Origin: an uncultured Christensenella sp.
Lineage (GTDB): Bacteria > Bacillota > Clostridia > Christensenellales > UBA3700
DNA length: 64,000 nucleotides
Assembly (NCBI GenBank): GCA_910584635.1
Contig: CAJUBA010000001.1
Location: 264,454 to 328,453 of the forward strand
Direction of reading: 5' to 3'
In this document: positions 10,600 to 18,873 of the stretch, one piece after another
How positions within the stretch are numbered: position 1 is the stretch's first letter
Layout of the letters: each line of letters opens with the position of its first letter
Notes under the pieces: generated by a model
What the model saw: the letters and a program-made list of their open reading frames with translations, nothing else
Databases searched by the model: none
What the model was told of the DNA's origin: nothing
Translations under genes and position numbers: made by a program

Positions 10600-10742
10600 A
10601 AGTTGCCGCCTTAAATTATTGTTATATATATATCTATAATATAATAACATATTAAATTGGCGTTTTCAAGATGAAAATTGACAAAAAGACGCATTCTGTC
10701 TATGAATTCCATATAAATGACAAAACGCGCCTGCAAATTTTA

Positions 10743-11444
10743 TTATAAAGTAATATTTTCTTTTACCATATACTGTCTGAGTTTGAGCAAAACTTTTGTT
10801 TCGATACGCGATACGTAAGAACGGGATATTCTAAAAATCTTAGCCACTTCTTTTTGCGTAAGAGGCTCGTTGCCGTCAAGTCCGTATCTCAATGAGATTA
10901 TTTGATACTCCCTTTCCGAAAGTTGCGCTTTTATAATCTCCATAAGTTTTTGAGAAGCGAATTTATTTTCTACTATTCCTATTACGCTCTCTTCGTCTTG
11001 GCTAATCAAATCTATTAACGACACTTCGTTGCCCTCTTTGTCGTAACTGACCGGTTCGTAAAGAGATTTGTTATTGAGATTCTTTTTATTCGCTCTCCAC
11101 GTCATAAGTATTTCGTTTTCTATACAGCGAGCGGCATAAGTCGCAAACTGCGTGCCTTTTTCGGGCGAATATGTATTCAGCGCTTTTACCAAACCTATCG
11201 ATCCGACGCTTATCAACTCGTCGTTGTCATGGTAATTTGAAAACTTCTTAACAACGTGAACGACAAGACGCATATTGTGTTTTGCAAGTTCTTCTTTCGC
11301 TTCTTTGCTACCCGCGTACATCTGCTCTAAAAGTTCTTTTTCCCGTTCGGCGTCAAGCGGCTTGGGAAATGCGTTTTTGTTACTTATGTAACCGCTGAAA
11401 AAAAATATATGGCTGAATAAACCTATAAGTCCGGATAAAATCAT
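10743..11444 (-). CDS. sigK: Sporulation sigma factor SigK (pro-sigma-K), uninterrupted
   Basis: Close match to my recollection of B. subtilis SigK: GYISNKNAFPKPL pro-sequence junction, [37 protein letters not shown]. The track start at 11456 is TTG. ATG 11444 has a GGGGG SD and gives an 18-aa pro-peptide. Confidence 0.9.
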   Translation of the reverse strand: MILSGLIGLFSHIFFFSGYISNKNAFPKPLDAEREKELLEQMYAGSKEAKEELAKHNMRLVVHVVKKFSNYHDNDELISVGSIGLVKALNTYSPEKGTQFATYAARCIENEILMTWRANKKNLNNKSLYEPVSYDKEGNEVSLIDLISQDEESVIGIVENKFASQKLMEIIKAQLSEREYQIISLRYGLDGNEPLTQKEVAKIFRISRSYVSRIETKVLLKLRQYMVKENITL

Positions 11445-11469
11445 ATATACCCCCAAAATTTACTATTAA

Positions 11470-11498
11470 ATTCTATGAGGTAAAATGTCGAAAAATGC
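11470..11498 (-). promoter_or_regulatory. Candidate SigE-type promoter upstream of sigK
   Basis: Minus strand reads GCATTTT-14 nt-CATAGAAT, against the remembered SigE consensus kmATATT-N14-CATACAnT. It is correctly placed about 25 nt upstream of the sigK start. Confidence 0.4.
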
Positions 11499-11521
11499 TA
11501 TAAATCAAATTTTTGCAAAAA

Positions 11522-11559
11522 GAAAAACCTTCCGCTAAAGCGTACTTCCCGTAGGGAAT
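11522..11559 (+). repeat. 38-nt element S1 (GAAAAACCTT...TTCCCGTAGGGAAT), inverted partner of 12241-12279
   Basis: Hand alignment to the reverse complement of 12241-12279: 10/10 and 13/14 identical flanks around a partly conserved 14-15 nt centre. Contains the palindrome TTCCCGTAGGGAA. Confidence 0.6.
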
Positions 11560-11561
11560 AT

Positions 11562-11595
11562 AAAAAGCGAAGAATTTTTAAATTCTTCGCTTTTT
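11562..11595 (-). terminator. Rho-independent terminator of the lipoprotein gene (symmetric, could act in both directions)
   Basis: Perfect 10-bp stem GCGAAGAATT/AATTCTTCGC with a 4-nt loop, flanked by an A5 run and a T5 run. Confidence 0.8.
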
Positions 11596-11617
11596 ATAAT
11601 TGATGATAAATTGTAAT

Positions 11618-12103
11618 TTATTTGTTGCTATCGATATGTGGCTCGTCAAATAATATTTTCAAGTCTATGTCTTTGCAATCGTATCCGACAATCTTCAATC
11701 GGTTTAATCCGCTTGTTAAAGAAACGGTTTTTGTCGCCGTTTGCTCATTGGAATCGTTTTGCGAGCATTCTATTAAAACGGTTACGTTATTATTGCAATC
11801 GATATATACGATTTTCGCGCTACCGCTTGAAATACTCAAATCAAGTTGTATTTCTATCTCTGCACTCTTTTCGAGAGTTTTATTCCATAGAGTTTGCCGT
11901 CCGTTGAATTTTGAAACCGTAAGAGTGTATCCGCCGTCTATGTGGTTAGAAAACGAATTGTCTTTTGCATAACGATCTTCGATTTGCGCAATTTTTTCGG
12001 CATCATTATATTCTTGTTTTGCAAATTCATTTCCGCATCCCGTCAATCCTATTGTTACGCACACAATTAAGCAAATCAAAACGATTATGATATTTTGTTT
12101 CAT
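11618..12103 (-). CDS. Hypothetical lipoprotein
   Basis: Signal peptide with lipobox (LICLIVCVTIGLTGC) and a GGAGAG SD. No family recognised. Confidence 0.7.
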   Translation of the reverse strand: MKQNIIIVLICLIVCVTIGLTGCGNEFAKQEYNDAEKIAQIEDRYAKDNSFSNHIDGGYTLTVSKFNGRQTLWNKTLEKSAEIEIQLDLSISSGSAKIVYIDCNNNVTVLIECSQNDSNEQTATKTVSLTSGLNRLKIVGYDCKDIDLKILFDEPHIDSNK

Positions 12104-12175
12104 TTTATCTACTCTCCGCTAAATTACTGTTTATCGCTCTATTATTATACAACGACAAAAATCAAAAGGTAAAGT

Positions 12176-12212
12176 AAAAACGCACTCACCTTTCTTGCAA
12201 GGTATAGTGCGC
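12176..12212 (-). terminator. Rho-independent terminator downstream of nrdR
   Basis: Minus strand reads CGCACTATACC-ttgcaagaaa-GGTGAGTGCG followed by TTTTT. Confidence 0.6.
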
Positions 12213-12240
12213 TATACTTACATTCTGTTCCTGTGGTAAA

Positions 12241-12279
12241 ATTCCCTATGGGAACTACGGTAAATGCGAAAGGTTTTTC
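12241..12279 (-). repeat. 39-nt element S2, inverted partner of 11522-11559
   Basis: Its reverse complement reads GAAAAACCTTTCGCATTTACCGTAGTTCCCATAGGGAAT. It lies directly after the nrdR stop codon. Confidence 0.6.
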
Positions 12280-12294
12280 TCCCTTATCCATAAA

Positions 12295-12762
12295 TTATTT
12301 ATCCGAGTTTTTGTCTTTAAGAATAGTATTTATTTCGCTAAGCCAACTTTCGATGTCCTTGAACTCTCTGTATACCGCCGCAAATCTTACGTATGCGACT
12401 TCATCGATTTTCTTTAACCCTTCCATAACGTACTCGCCTATTTGAGCGGACGTAACTTCTTCGTTGAGATTATTTTGAATCTTGCGCTCTATATCTTCTA
12501 CAAGTCTGTCTATTTGCATCATCGGCACGGGACGTTTTTCGCACGCTCTCAAAATACCCGCTTTAAGTTTTGCCGACGAGAATTGCTGTCTTGCTCCGCT
12601 TTTCTTGACTACCATTACGGGGGCGGTTTCGATTGTTTCGTAAGTCGTAAACCTCTTGCCGCATTTCATACATTCTCTGCGCCTTCTGATAGAAGTACCT
12701 TCTTCGTTTTGTCTGCTATCGACTACTTTACTGTCGACACAACCGCAAAAATTGCATTTCAT
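12295..12762 (-). CDS. nrdR: Transcriptional repressor NrdR (Zn-ribbon + ATP-cone)
   Basis: MKCNFCGCVDSKVVDSR...RRRRECMKCGKRFTTYE. ATG 12762 has a GGAGG SD. The track start at 12777 is a TTG extension. Confidence 0.9.
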   Translation of the reverse strand: MKCNFCGCVDSKVVDSRQNEEGTSIRRRRECMKCGKRFTTYETIETAPVMVVKKSGARQQFSSAKLKAGILRACEKRPVPMMQIDRLVEDIERKIQNNLNEEVTSAQIGEYVMEGLKKIDEVAYVRFAAVYREFKDIESWLSEINTILKDKNSDK

Positions 12763-12848
12763 AATCAACCTCCACAAGTCAATTCTTATGTTAATTATAA
12801 AACAATTCTGCGATTTTGTCTAATAATTTTACAAATTTAATATTTTTA

Positions 12849-13109
12849 TCAGCATTCCGCAGGCGTAATATCTCCGTTGAGTTCCACTAAAATAGTATCT
12901 TCTCCTATTTTGCATATACAACGCCACGGTATAAAAATACTGTCCCCCGCCGAAAAACTTTTAATGAATTTTTTATCGCCCGGGACGATAATTCCGAGAA
13001 TATGACCGTGAGAATTAAAACTAATATCTATTACGTGTCCCAACTTTTTTCCGTCGCAAACGTTGACGACCATTTTTTCTCTAAGTATACAAAACGATAA
13101 ATCTGCCAT
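12849..13109 (-). CDS. YlmC/YmxH-family sporulation protein (PRC-barrel)
   Basis: 86 aa. The motifs VVNVCDGKKLGHVIDISF and GIIVPG are typical of YlmC/YmxH, and the position after sigG is conserved in spore-formers. Confidence 0.8.
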   Translation of the reverse strand: MADLSFCILREKMVVNVCDGKKLGHVIDISFNSHGHILGIIVPGDKKFIKSFSAGDSIFIPWRCICKIGEDTILVELNGDITPAEC

Positions 13110-13168
13110 ATCTTCACCTCGTTTAATTTTATTTTGACGAAATAAAAAATATGACAGATTAAGTTAAT

Positions 13169-13933
13169 TCACAGACATTCCTTTATCTTACCCAAGGCGT
13201 TTTTTTCCAATCTACTTACTTGCGCCTGCGAAATTCCTATTTTGCGGGATATTTCCATTTGCGTTTTCCCCACGTAATAACGCAATTTCAATACCTCTTT
13301 TTCTCTGTCTGGCAACTGCGCTATCGCATCTCTTAAAGCAAGATTTGTCGACCAATTTTCTTCGTTTTGTTTGCTATCTCCGATTTGCTCCATAAGAAGC
13401 AGACCGTCTTCTCCGTCGCTGTATACGCATTCTTGCAAAGATACCGTTTCGCTTACCGCGTCCAAAGCGCAAACGACGTCTCTGAGCGGAACGTCTATTT
13501 CCGCCGCTATCTCCAACATAGTGGGCGAAGTGGAATGTTTTAATTCGTATTCTTCTTTCGCTTTCAATGCTTTGTAAGCGGTATCGCGCATGCTTCTGCT
13601 TACTTTGATTCCCGTGCCGTCTTTAATGAATCTCCTCATTTCGCCCGATATCATAGGCACCGCGTAAGTGGAAAACCTTACGTTGAATTTTGGGTCAAAA
13701 CCGTCAATGGCTTTCATCAATCCCACGACTCCTACTTGAAATAAATCGTCGCCGTTAGCCCTTCCCGAAAACCTCTGAACCATAGAAAGCACAAGTCTGA
13801 GATTTGCTATTACCAACTTGTCCTGCGCCTCTTTATCTCCCTCTTTTGTTTTTTGCAACAGTTCTTCGCACTCCGATTGAGTGATCTTCGGCAAACTTCT
13901 GGTGTCTATGCCGTTTATGACAACTTTGCGCAT
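13169..13933 (-). CDS. sigG: Sporulation sigma factor SigG
   Basis: Collinear with remembered B. subtilis SigG (NLRLVLS..QRF, STYAVPMI.GE.RR, GKTQMEISRKIGISQAQVSRLEK). It follows sigE as in the spoIIGA-sigE-sigG operon layout. Confidence 0.85.
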   Translation of the reverse strand: MRKVVINGIDTRSLPKITQSECEELLQKTKEGDKEAQDKLVIANLRLVLSMVQRFSGRANGDDLFQVGVVGLMKAIDGFDPKFNVRFSTYAVPMISGEMRRFIKDGTGIKVSRSMRDTAYKALKAKEEYELKHSTSPTMLEIAAEIDVPLRDVVCALDAVSETVSLQECVYSDGEDGLLLMEQIGDSKQNEENWSTNLALRDAIAQLPDREKEVLKLRYYVGKTQMEISRKIGISQAQVSRLEKNALGKIKECL

Positions 13934-14077
13934 AAAATCCTCCTTAGTATATGTAGAGGGTATATTGCCGCAATAGTATTATTTGCAAAAAATTAGTCTT
14001 TATTCAAAGAAATTTTTGCCATTGTCATTTTAACTTTTATAGACCTATATCTAATATTTTTGTCTTGTATAATCTTA

Positions 14078-14779
14078 CTATACCATTTTTGACATTTCTT
14101 TTTTGAGTTTTTTCATCACCTTTTTTTCAAGCCTCGATATATAAGATTGCGATATTCCGAACATATCCGCAATTTCTTTTTGAGTCTTTTTAGGCGATCC
14201 TAAAATACCGAATCTGAGTTTCACTATCTGCCTTTCTCTCGGCGGTAGTTTGTTAAATGAAGCGATGAGAATTTCCCTTTCGACGTCGTTTTCCACGTCT
14301 TTATAGATTACGTCGCTTTCCGTTCCCAAAACGTCGGAAAGTAAAAGCACGTTTCCTTCCCAATCGACGTTAAGCGGCTCGTCCAAAGAAAGTTCGTTTC
14401 TGGTCTTTACTACTTTTCTAAGGTGCATAAGTATCTCGTTTTCAATACACCGACTTGCGTAGGTAGCCAACTTAATTTGCTTGGCTTCATCAAAAGAATT
14501 TACCGCTTTTATTAAGCCTATCGTTCCGACAGAAATTAAATCTTCAATATCTACGTTGGTATTTTCAAACTTTTTAGCAATGTAGACAACAAGTCTTAAA
14601 TTGTGTTCAATCAACTTGCTTTTCGCAGTTGCGTCGCCTTGCATATACTTCCCGACCAGAAGTTTTTCTTCTTCCTGATCCAGCGGTTCTGGCAACGCTT
14701 CCCCTCCGCCGATATAATCGACGTTTTCGCCTTGAATATCGAAAATCTTTGCAAATATTTCTTTGATTCTTTTCCACAT
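14078..14779 (-). CDS. sigE: Sporulation sigma factor SigE (pro-sigma-E)
   Basis: [12 protein letters not shown] pro-sequence junction, [59 protein letters not shown]. Directly downstream of spoIIGA. Confidence 0.9.
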   Translation of the reverse strand: MWKRIKEIFAKIFDIQGENVDYIGGGEALPEPLDQEEEKLLVGKYMQGDATAKSKLIEHNLRLVVYIAKKFENTNVDIEDLISVGTIGLIKAVNSFDEAKQIKLATYASRCIENEILMHLRKVVKTRNELSLDEPLNVDWEGNVLLLSDVLGTESDVIYKDVENDVEREILIASFNKLPPRERQIVKLRFGILGSPKKTQKEIADMFGISQSYISRLEKKVMKKLKKEMSKMV

Positions 14780-14792
14780 AAACTACCTCTAT

Positions 14793-15566
14793 TTATATGT
14801 CGCAATGTAATACGACTTTGTATTCTCCTCTGATAGAATCTGAGATTGCAGCCATAACTCCGTAAACTTTATCCTTTTTATCTTGCGTACGCAAATAGTC
14901 AAGCGTTATGATAGGCAATTTCTTTTTGCCTGTAACAGTGTCGATTTGCGCGTTTTCTCCAATATCGATAAGTTCCTTCTGAGCAAACAACTGCAAAGCG
15001 ACGCTTCTGTCAATGATAATAGTCGGCGAATTTTTATAATACAGTCTGTTTCCGCTGTCGTAATAAGCCTTGCACTCTACTTCTTTTCCGTTTGCGGATA
15101 TTACGACAACTTCCTCATACCTGCTCTTGCGACGAGCAAGCACTATATGTTTATAAATAAGTTTTTGCGCAAATAAGACGATTAACCCCGACAGACCGAC
15201 AAAAAAAGGAATCAACGTGGAATTTGTTTTTTCCAAATCGATTGAAAAAATCGAAGCCAATCCTTGGGTAATTCCCCCCATAGCAAAAGTAAGCGCAAAA
15301 AATATCGCGCACGCGGAAAGATATCGCTTAAAAGCGCATCTTCCGACAGTAATCGCTACCATAATTATCGCTAAAATAATTTTGAATATGAAAAAGTTTA
15401 ATATGTCTGCAAGCGGTAAAAAAATTGCGTAAAGCGTACCTATCGCCGACGATACAAATATCCACGCTTTACTTATTTTATGTCTTAAAAATTTAAGAGT
15501 CAACGTCAGAATCAACGCGTTGATAACCAAATTGTTGATAATGACTACTTCAATATAAACTTGCAT
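14793..15566 (-). CDS. spoIIGA: Sigma-E processing peptidase SpoIIGA
   Basis: Polytopic N-terminus beginning MQVYIEVVIINNL, a C-terminal aspartic-protease DSGN motif (AYYDSGNRL), and synteny with sigE. Confidence 0.85.
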   Translation of the reverse strand: MQVYIEVVIINNLVINALILTLTLKFLRHKISKAWIFVSSAIGTLYAIFLPLADILNFFIFKIILAIIMVAITVGRCAFKRYLSACAIFFALTFAMGGITQGLASIFSIDLEKTNSTLIPFFVGLSGLIVLFAQKLIYKHIVLARRKSRYEEVVVISANGKEVECKAYYDSGNRLYYKNSPTIIIDRSVALQLFAQKELIDIGENAQIDTVTGKKKLPIITLDYLRTQDKKDKVYGVMAAISDSIRGEYKVVLHCDI

Positions 15567-15572
15567 AGCAAG

Positions 15573-15616
15573 ATTATAACTTGTTAAAAATAAAAAAATA
15601 TTCTATCTGTGTCGAA
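15573..15616 (-). promoter_or_regulatory. spoIIGA upstream region: TATAAT 6 nt from the ATG, plus a perfect Spo0A-box heptamer
   Basis: Minus-strand TATAAT (plus 15573-15578), then CTTGCT, then ATG, with no SD. TGTCGAA (0A-box consensus) is on the plus strand at 15610-15616, about 31 nt upstream of the -10. No good -35 is present. Confidence 0.4.
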
Positions 15617-15666
15617 ATATTATAATTTATTATAAGAAATTTTCAAAAATAATGCTGGAAAACGAA

Positions 15667-16173
15667 TTATAAATCCCCTTCGTATTTCATTGAACGCTGC
15701 GGACAACTCCCGTCTAATTTCTTAAACTCTCCGTATTCCACAAATTTAAGTCCGCATTTTCTCATAACGTTGCCCGACGCAACATTTTCTTCGCAATGCT
15801 CGGATGCAAATTTTCGTGCGCCGAATTTCAATCTAGCAAATTCAATCATTGCTTTCGTCGCTTCCGTAGCGTAACCTTTACCCCAACAGTCAAAACGCAA
15901 ATTGTATCCGAATTCCCATCTGTCGATATTCGGATTATATCTGATATTTCCGCTTCCTATGAGTTTTCCGTCGCTTATACGTTGAAATCCGAATTCAAAA
16001 ATATTTTTTTCTTTCTCAACGCTTTCAAGCCACTTCTCGACTTGTTCGACGTTTTTGTAAGTCGTATATATCATATACTTTGCTACCCGTTCGTCGCTTA
16101 CCCATTCAAATACTTCTTGAGCGTCGGCCACGCTTAGCGGTCGCAATAATAATCTTTCGGTTTGTATCTTCAT
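15667..16173 (-). CDS. GNAT-family N-acetyltransferase (RimJ/RimL-like)
   Basis: MKIQTERLLLRPL... start typical of this subfamily, plus WGKGYATEA. ATG 16173 has an AGGAAG SD; the track start at 16188 is possible. Confidence 0.75.
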   Translation of the reverse strand: MKIQTERLLLRPLSVADAQEVFEWVSDERVAKYMIYTTYKNVEQVEKWLESVEKEKNIFEFGFQRISDGKLIGSGNIRYNPNIDRWEFGYNLRFDCWGKGYATEATKAMIEFARLKFGARKFASEHCEENVASGNVMRKCGLKFVEYGEFKKLDGSCPQRSMKYEGDL

Positions 16174-16203
16174 CTTCCTATTATCCATAATACAAAATTA
16201 AAT

Positions 16204-16240
16204 ATGCGTCGATATACATTGCACCGTATAATCGACGCAT
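16204..16240 (-). terminator. Hairpin terminator downstream of ftsZ
   Basis: 10-bp stem ATGCGTCGAT/ATCGACGCAT followed on the minus strand by a T-rich tail (ATTTAATTTT). Confidence 0.5.
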
Positions 16241-16333
16241 ACTAAAAATTTTTATTAAATTTACCGAAACAAACGTCAATTTAATCAAATCGCAAGATTA
16301 AAATTCGACATCAATTTCTTACTAAAATCTAAC

Positions 16334-17545
16334 TTATTTTCTATTCAACAGCCTTTTCATAAACGGCGGAATATCTTTATTAGACGATTCCTGTCTAGGT
16401 ACAGAGTCTATTCTTGTCGGTTGTTGAGTTTGCGGTTGTTGCTGTCTGGGCATCGGCTGAGGTTGCGGTCTTGGAGGAACTTGCGGACGCTGATTGGTAT
16501 CATATCCCATAGGCTGTCCGTTCGGCGCGCCTCTCATACCTGAAAAATTAGGTCTTAATCCCCCGTTTATCATATTCCCTCCGTTTCTGGGAATATTATC
16601 GGCTGTACAACCCGTCGCAATCAACGTAACTCTTACTTTTCTGTTCATAGACTGGTCATAACTGTGTCCAAAAATATAATTTACATCTTTCGATACAAGA
16701 CTAGCGATATATTCGTCGGCTTCATCCAATTCCTTACAAGTTAAGTCAAGTCCCGTCTGTATACTAAATATTAAACCGGTAGCGCCTGCAATACTTGTAT
16801 TGAGAGTATCTTCGTTCGCCGCCATCTTTACCGCTTTTACCATTCTGTCAGAATTACTTTCGCCTTCGCACTCTCCCATGCCAATATGAGAATATCCTTT
16901 GCCTTTCATTATTGTCTTAACGTCTGCAAAGTCAACGTTGATAATACTCGGCGAGTTTATAAGATCGCTTATACTTCTTATAGAATTTTTAAGTATATCG
17001 TCCGCTCCGGCATAAGCGTCCATAAGTATGGCGTTTCTGTCATTGTCAAACAATTTCTGATTGGGAATAATTATAAGAGAATCTACGTACTCTTGCAATT
17101 TTGTTATTCCTTTTTCTGCGACTTGCATTTTATTGCGTTCAAATCTAAACGGTTTTGTAACTATCGCAATTATCAGCATTTCCGGATTTATTTCTCTTGC
17201 GTACTTAGCGATTACAGGCGACGCACCCGTACCGGTTCCTCCGCCCATACCTGCCGTAATAAACAACAAATCCGTACCTTCAAGCATATCCGTGATAATT
17301 TTTCTGGATTCCTCGGCCGCTTTTTCGCCTATTTCGGGTTTAGCGCCCGCGCCTTGACCTTTTGTCAATTCCAAACCAATCTGAATTCTATGTTCGGCAG
17401 GAGCCTTTGACATATTCAAATGTTGAAGATCGGTATTGACAACGTAAAAACTTACGTCTTTTACTCCGGCGTCTATCATGCTGTTGACGGTATTTGCTCC
17501 GCAGCCGCCGACCCCGACAACCTTAATCTTTGTAGCAGTTTCCAT
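16334..17545 (-). CDS. ftsZ: Cell division GTPase FtsZ
   Basis: GGGTGTG signature, VGVGGCGANTVN, a Q/P-rich linker and the C-terminal peptide DIPPFMKRL. Strong GGGAGGG SD. Confidence 0.95.
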   Translation of the reverse strand: METATKIKVVGVGGCGANTVNSMIDAGVKDVSFYVVNTDLQHLNMSKAPAEHRIQIGLELTKGQGAGAKPEIGEKAAEESRKIITDMLEGTDLLFITAGMGGGTGTGASPVIAKYAREINPEMLIIAIVTKPFRFERNKMQVAEKGITKLQEYVDSLIIIPNQKLFDNDRNAILMDAYAGADDILKNSIRSISDLINSPSIINVDFADVKTIMKGKGYSHIGMGECEGESNSDRMVKAVKMAANEDTLNTSIAGATGLIFSIQTGLDLTCKELDEADEYIASLVSKDVNYIFGHSYDQSMNRKVRVTLIATGCTADNIPRNGGNMINGGLRPNFSGMRGAPNGQPMGYDTNQRPQVPPRPQPQPMPRQQQPQTQQPTRIDSVPRQESSNKDIPPFMKRLLNRK

Positions 17546-17560
17546 AAAACCCTCCCTGAT

Positions 17561-18754
17561 TTATCTGAATAATCTCTCTAACAGACTGTTTTTTCTACTC
17601 ATTTCTTCCGCAATTTCCAAAGTCGCGAACATCGAAGCGTAATACGGCTTGTCCCATCCCGCCGTACCTGCGGACAGTAAAGTTATTTCCCTCGAAAGCG
17701 CTCTTGCAAAGAAATTCGCCGCTCCGCGAATCTCGCTTATACCGCCGCCGACAAGGAAAAACCTCGTCAAATCGTTGACCGACGGATATACGCCCGCTCC
17801 AAAAGCGTTTTGAGATTCGGACATTTTATCCGCTTCCCTTATCTCCGAAATACACGTATTCACAAAATCTACAAGATTTTTCAATATGTAATTATGCAAA
17901 AACGAATTGATTTCTTTTGCCTTACATTCGAATTTTGCTTTTCCTACTTCATACTGGTAAACGCTCATATCGTCGCTTTCGATATTAAGCGTTACTTTCG
18001 ATAAAAGTGATTCCGCCACTTCGTAGTCAACGTTCAAAACTCCCGCGAGAGCGTCAATCAAATATCCTTTACCGAATTGACAGTCCTTTTTATATTTAAT
18101 TCCGTCGCCTTTCATAAGAGCGAAAGTAGTCGACGAGTATCCTACGTCAATCATGACCGCCCCGTCAACGCGCGAAATTTCATCGATAAGTTGGGTTCCT
18201 TCAGCCCATATTCCGTCTACAAACCGAACGTACCTAAATCCCAACTCGATTGCGATTTTATAAATTGCGCGTATAAATTCGTCTTTGCAGAATATGTATG
18301 ACATATCCGCATAAATATTCTTGGCGTTTTCTCCGATAGGATGTATAGTATGTCTATTCCCGTCCAACGAGTATTCCAAAGCGGAGGAACACAACGCGGT
18401 ATAGCCGTTTACTTTGAACGCTTCCGCCCTTTTATGAATATCCCTTATTGCGGACGAAGTGATGGTTTTCGTCCTTCCCGAATCGGACAGAATACCGCTT
18501 GTCCTTACGAAAGTAAATTCCGACGGAACCCCAACGTATAAAGTCTTTATTTTGAAATTGAATTTGCTTTTTTCTATAACTTCCGATATGTCGTCTTTAA
18601 GTCTGTCTTTTGCAATCCAATCTCCGTTAAAATAACCTGGATACTCTACCGAAGCAAAGTTTTTTACAAAAAATATTTCGTCGGCGGATTTTGTCCCGAC
18701 GACAAAACAAATCTTTCCCGATCCGATGTCTAAGACAGCAAATTCTTCTCTCAT
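17561..18754 (-). CDS. ftsA: Cell division protein FtsA (divergent actin-like ATPase)
   Basis: N-terminal AVLDIGSGKI phosphate-1 motif, a C-terminal amphipathic SLLERLFR, and position immediately upstream of ftsZ. Confidence 0.8.
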   Translation of the reverse strand: MREEFAVLDIGSGKICFVVGTKSADEIFFVKNFASVEYPGYFNGDWIAKDRLKDDISEVIEKSKFNFKIKTLYVGVPSEFTFVRTSGILSDSGRTKTITSSAIRDIHKRAEAFKVNGYTALCSSALEYSLDGNRHTIHPIGENAKNIYADMSYIFCKDEFIRAIYKIAIELGFRYVRFVDGIWAEGTQLIDEISRVDGAVMIDVGYSSTTFALMKGDGIKYKKDCQFGKGYLIDALAGVLNVDYEVAESLLSKVTLNIESDDMSVYQYEVGKAKFECKAKEINSFLHNYILKNLVDFVNTCISEIREADKMSESQNAFGAGVYPSVNDLTRFFLVGGGISEIRGAANFFARALSREITLLSAGTAGWDKPYYASMFATLEIAEEMSRKNSLLERLFR

Positions 18755-18760
18755 ATATTT

Positions 18761-18790
18761 ATTATAATATTATAATAATATAAAAGTCAA
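18761..18790 (-). promoter_or_regulatory. Near-consensus SigA promoter abutting the ftsA start codon (leaderless configuration)
   Basis: Minus strand reads TTGACT (plus 18785-18790), 18 nt, TATAAT (plus 18761-18766), AAATAT, then ATG (18754). No SD. Confidence 0.5.
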
Positions 18791-18873
18791 CGTCTCTTGT
18801 AAATTTTTTGCTTAAACAATGGTAATTTTCGATAAAAAATATCAATAAACGCGTATTTTAACACTCTTGTAAA

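Noticed and set aside
10743-11456. skin-like intervening element or split sigK
   Set aside because: The sigK reading frame is continuous and full length relative to B. subtilis SigK.
13934-14077. SigF/SigG-type promoter upstream of sigG (TGAATA ... AATACTA)
   Set aside because: The spacer is about 20 nt, against the expected 17-18, so I could not support the call.
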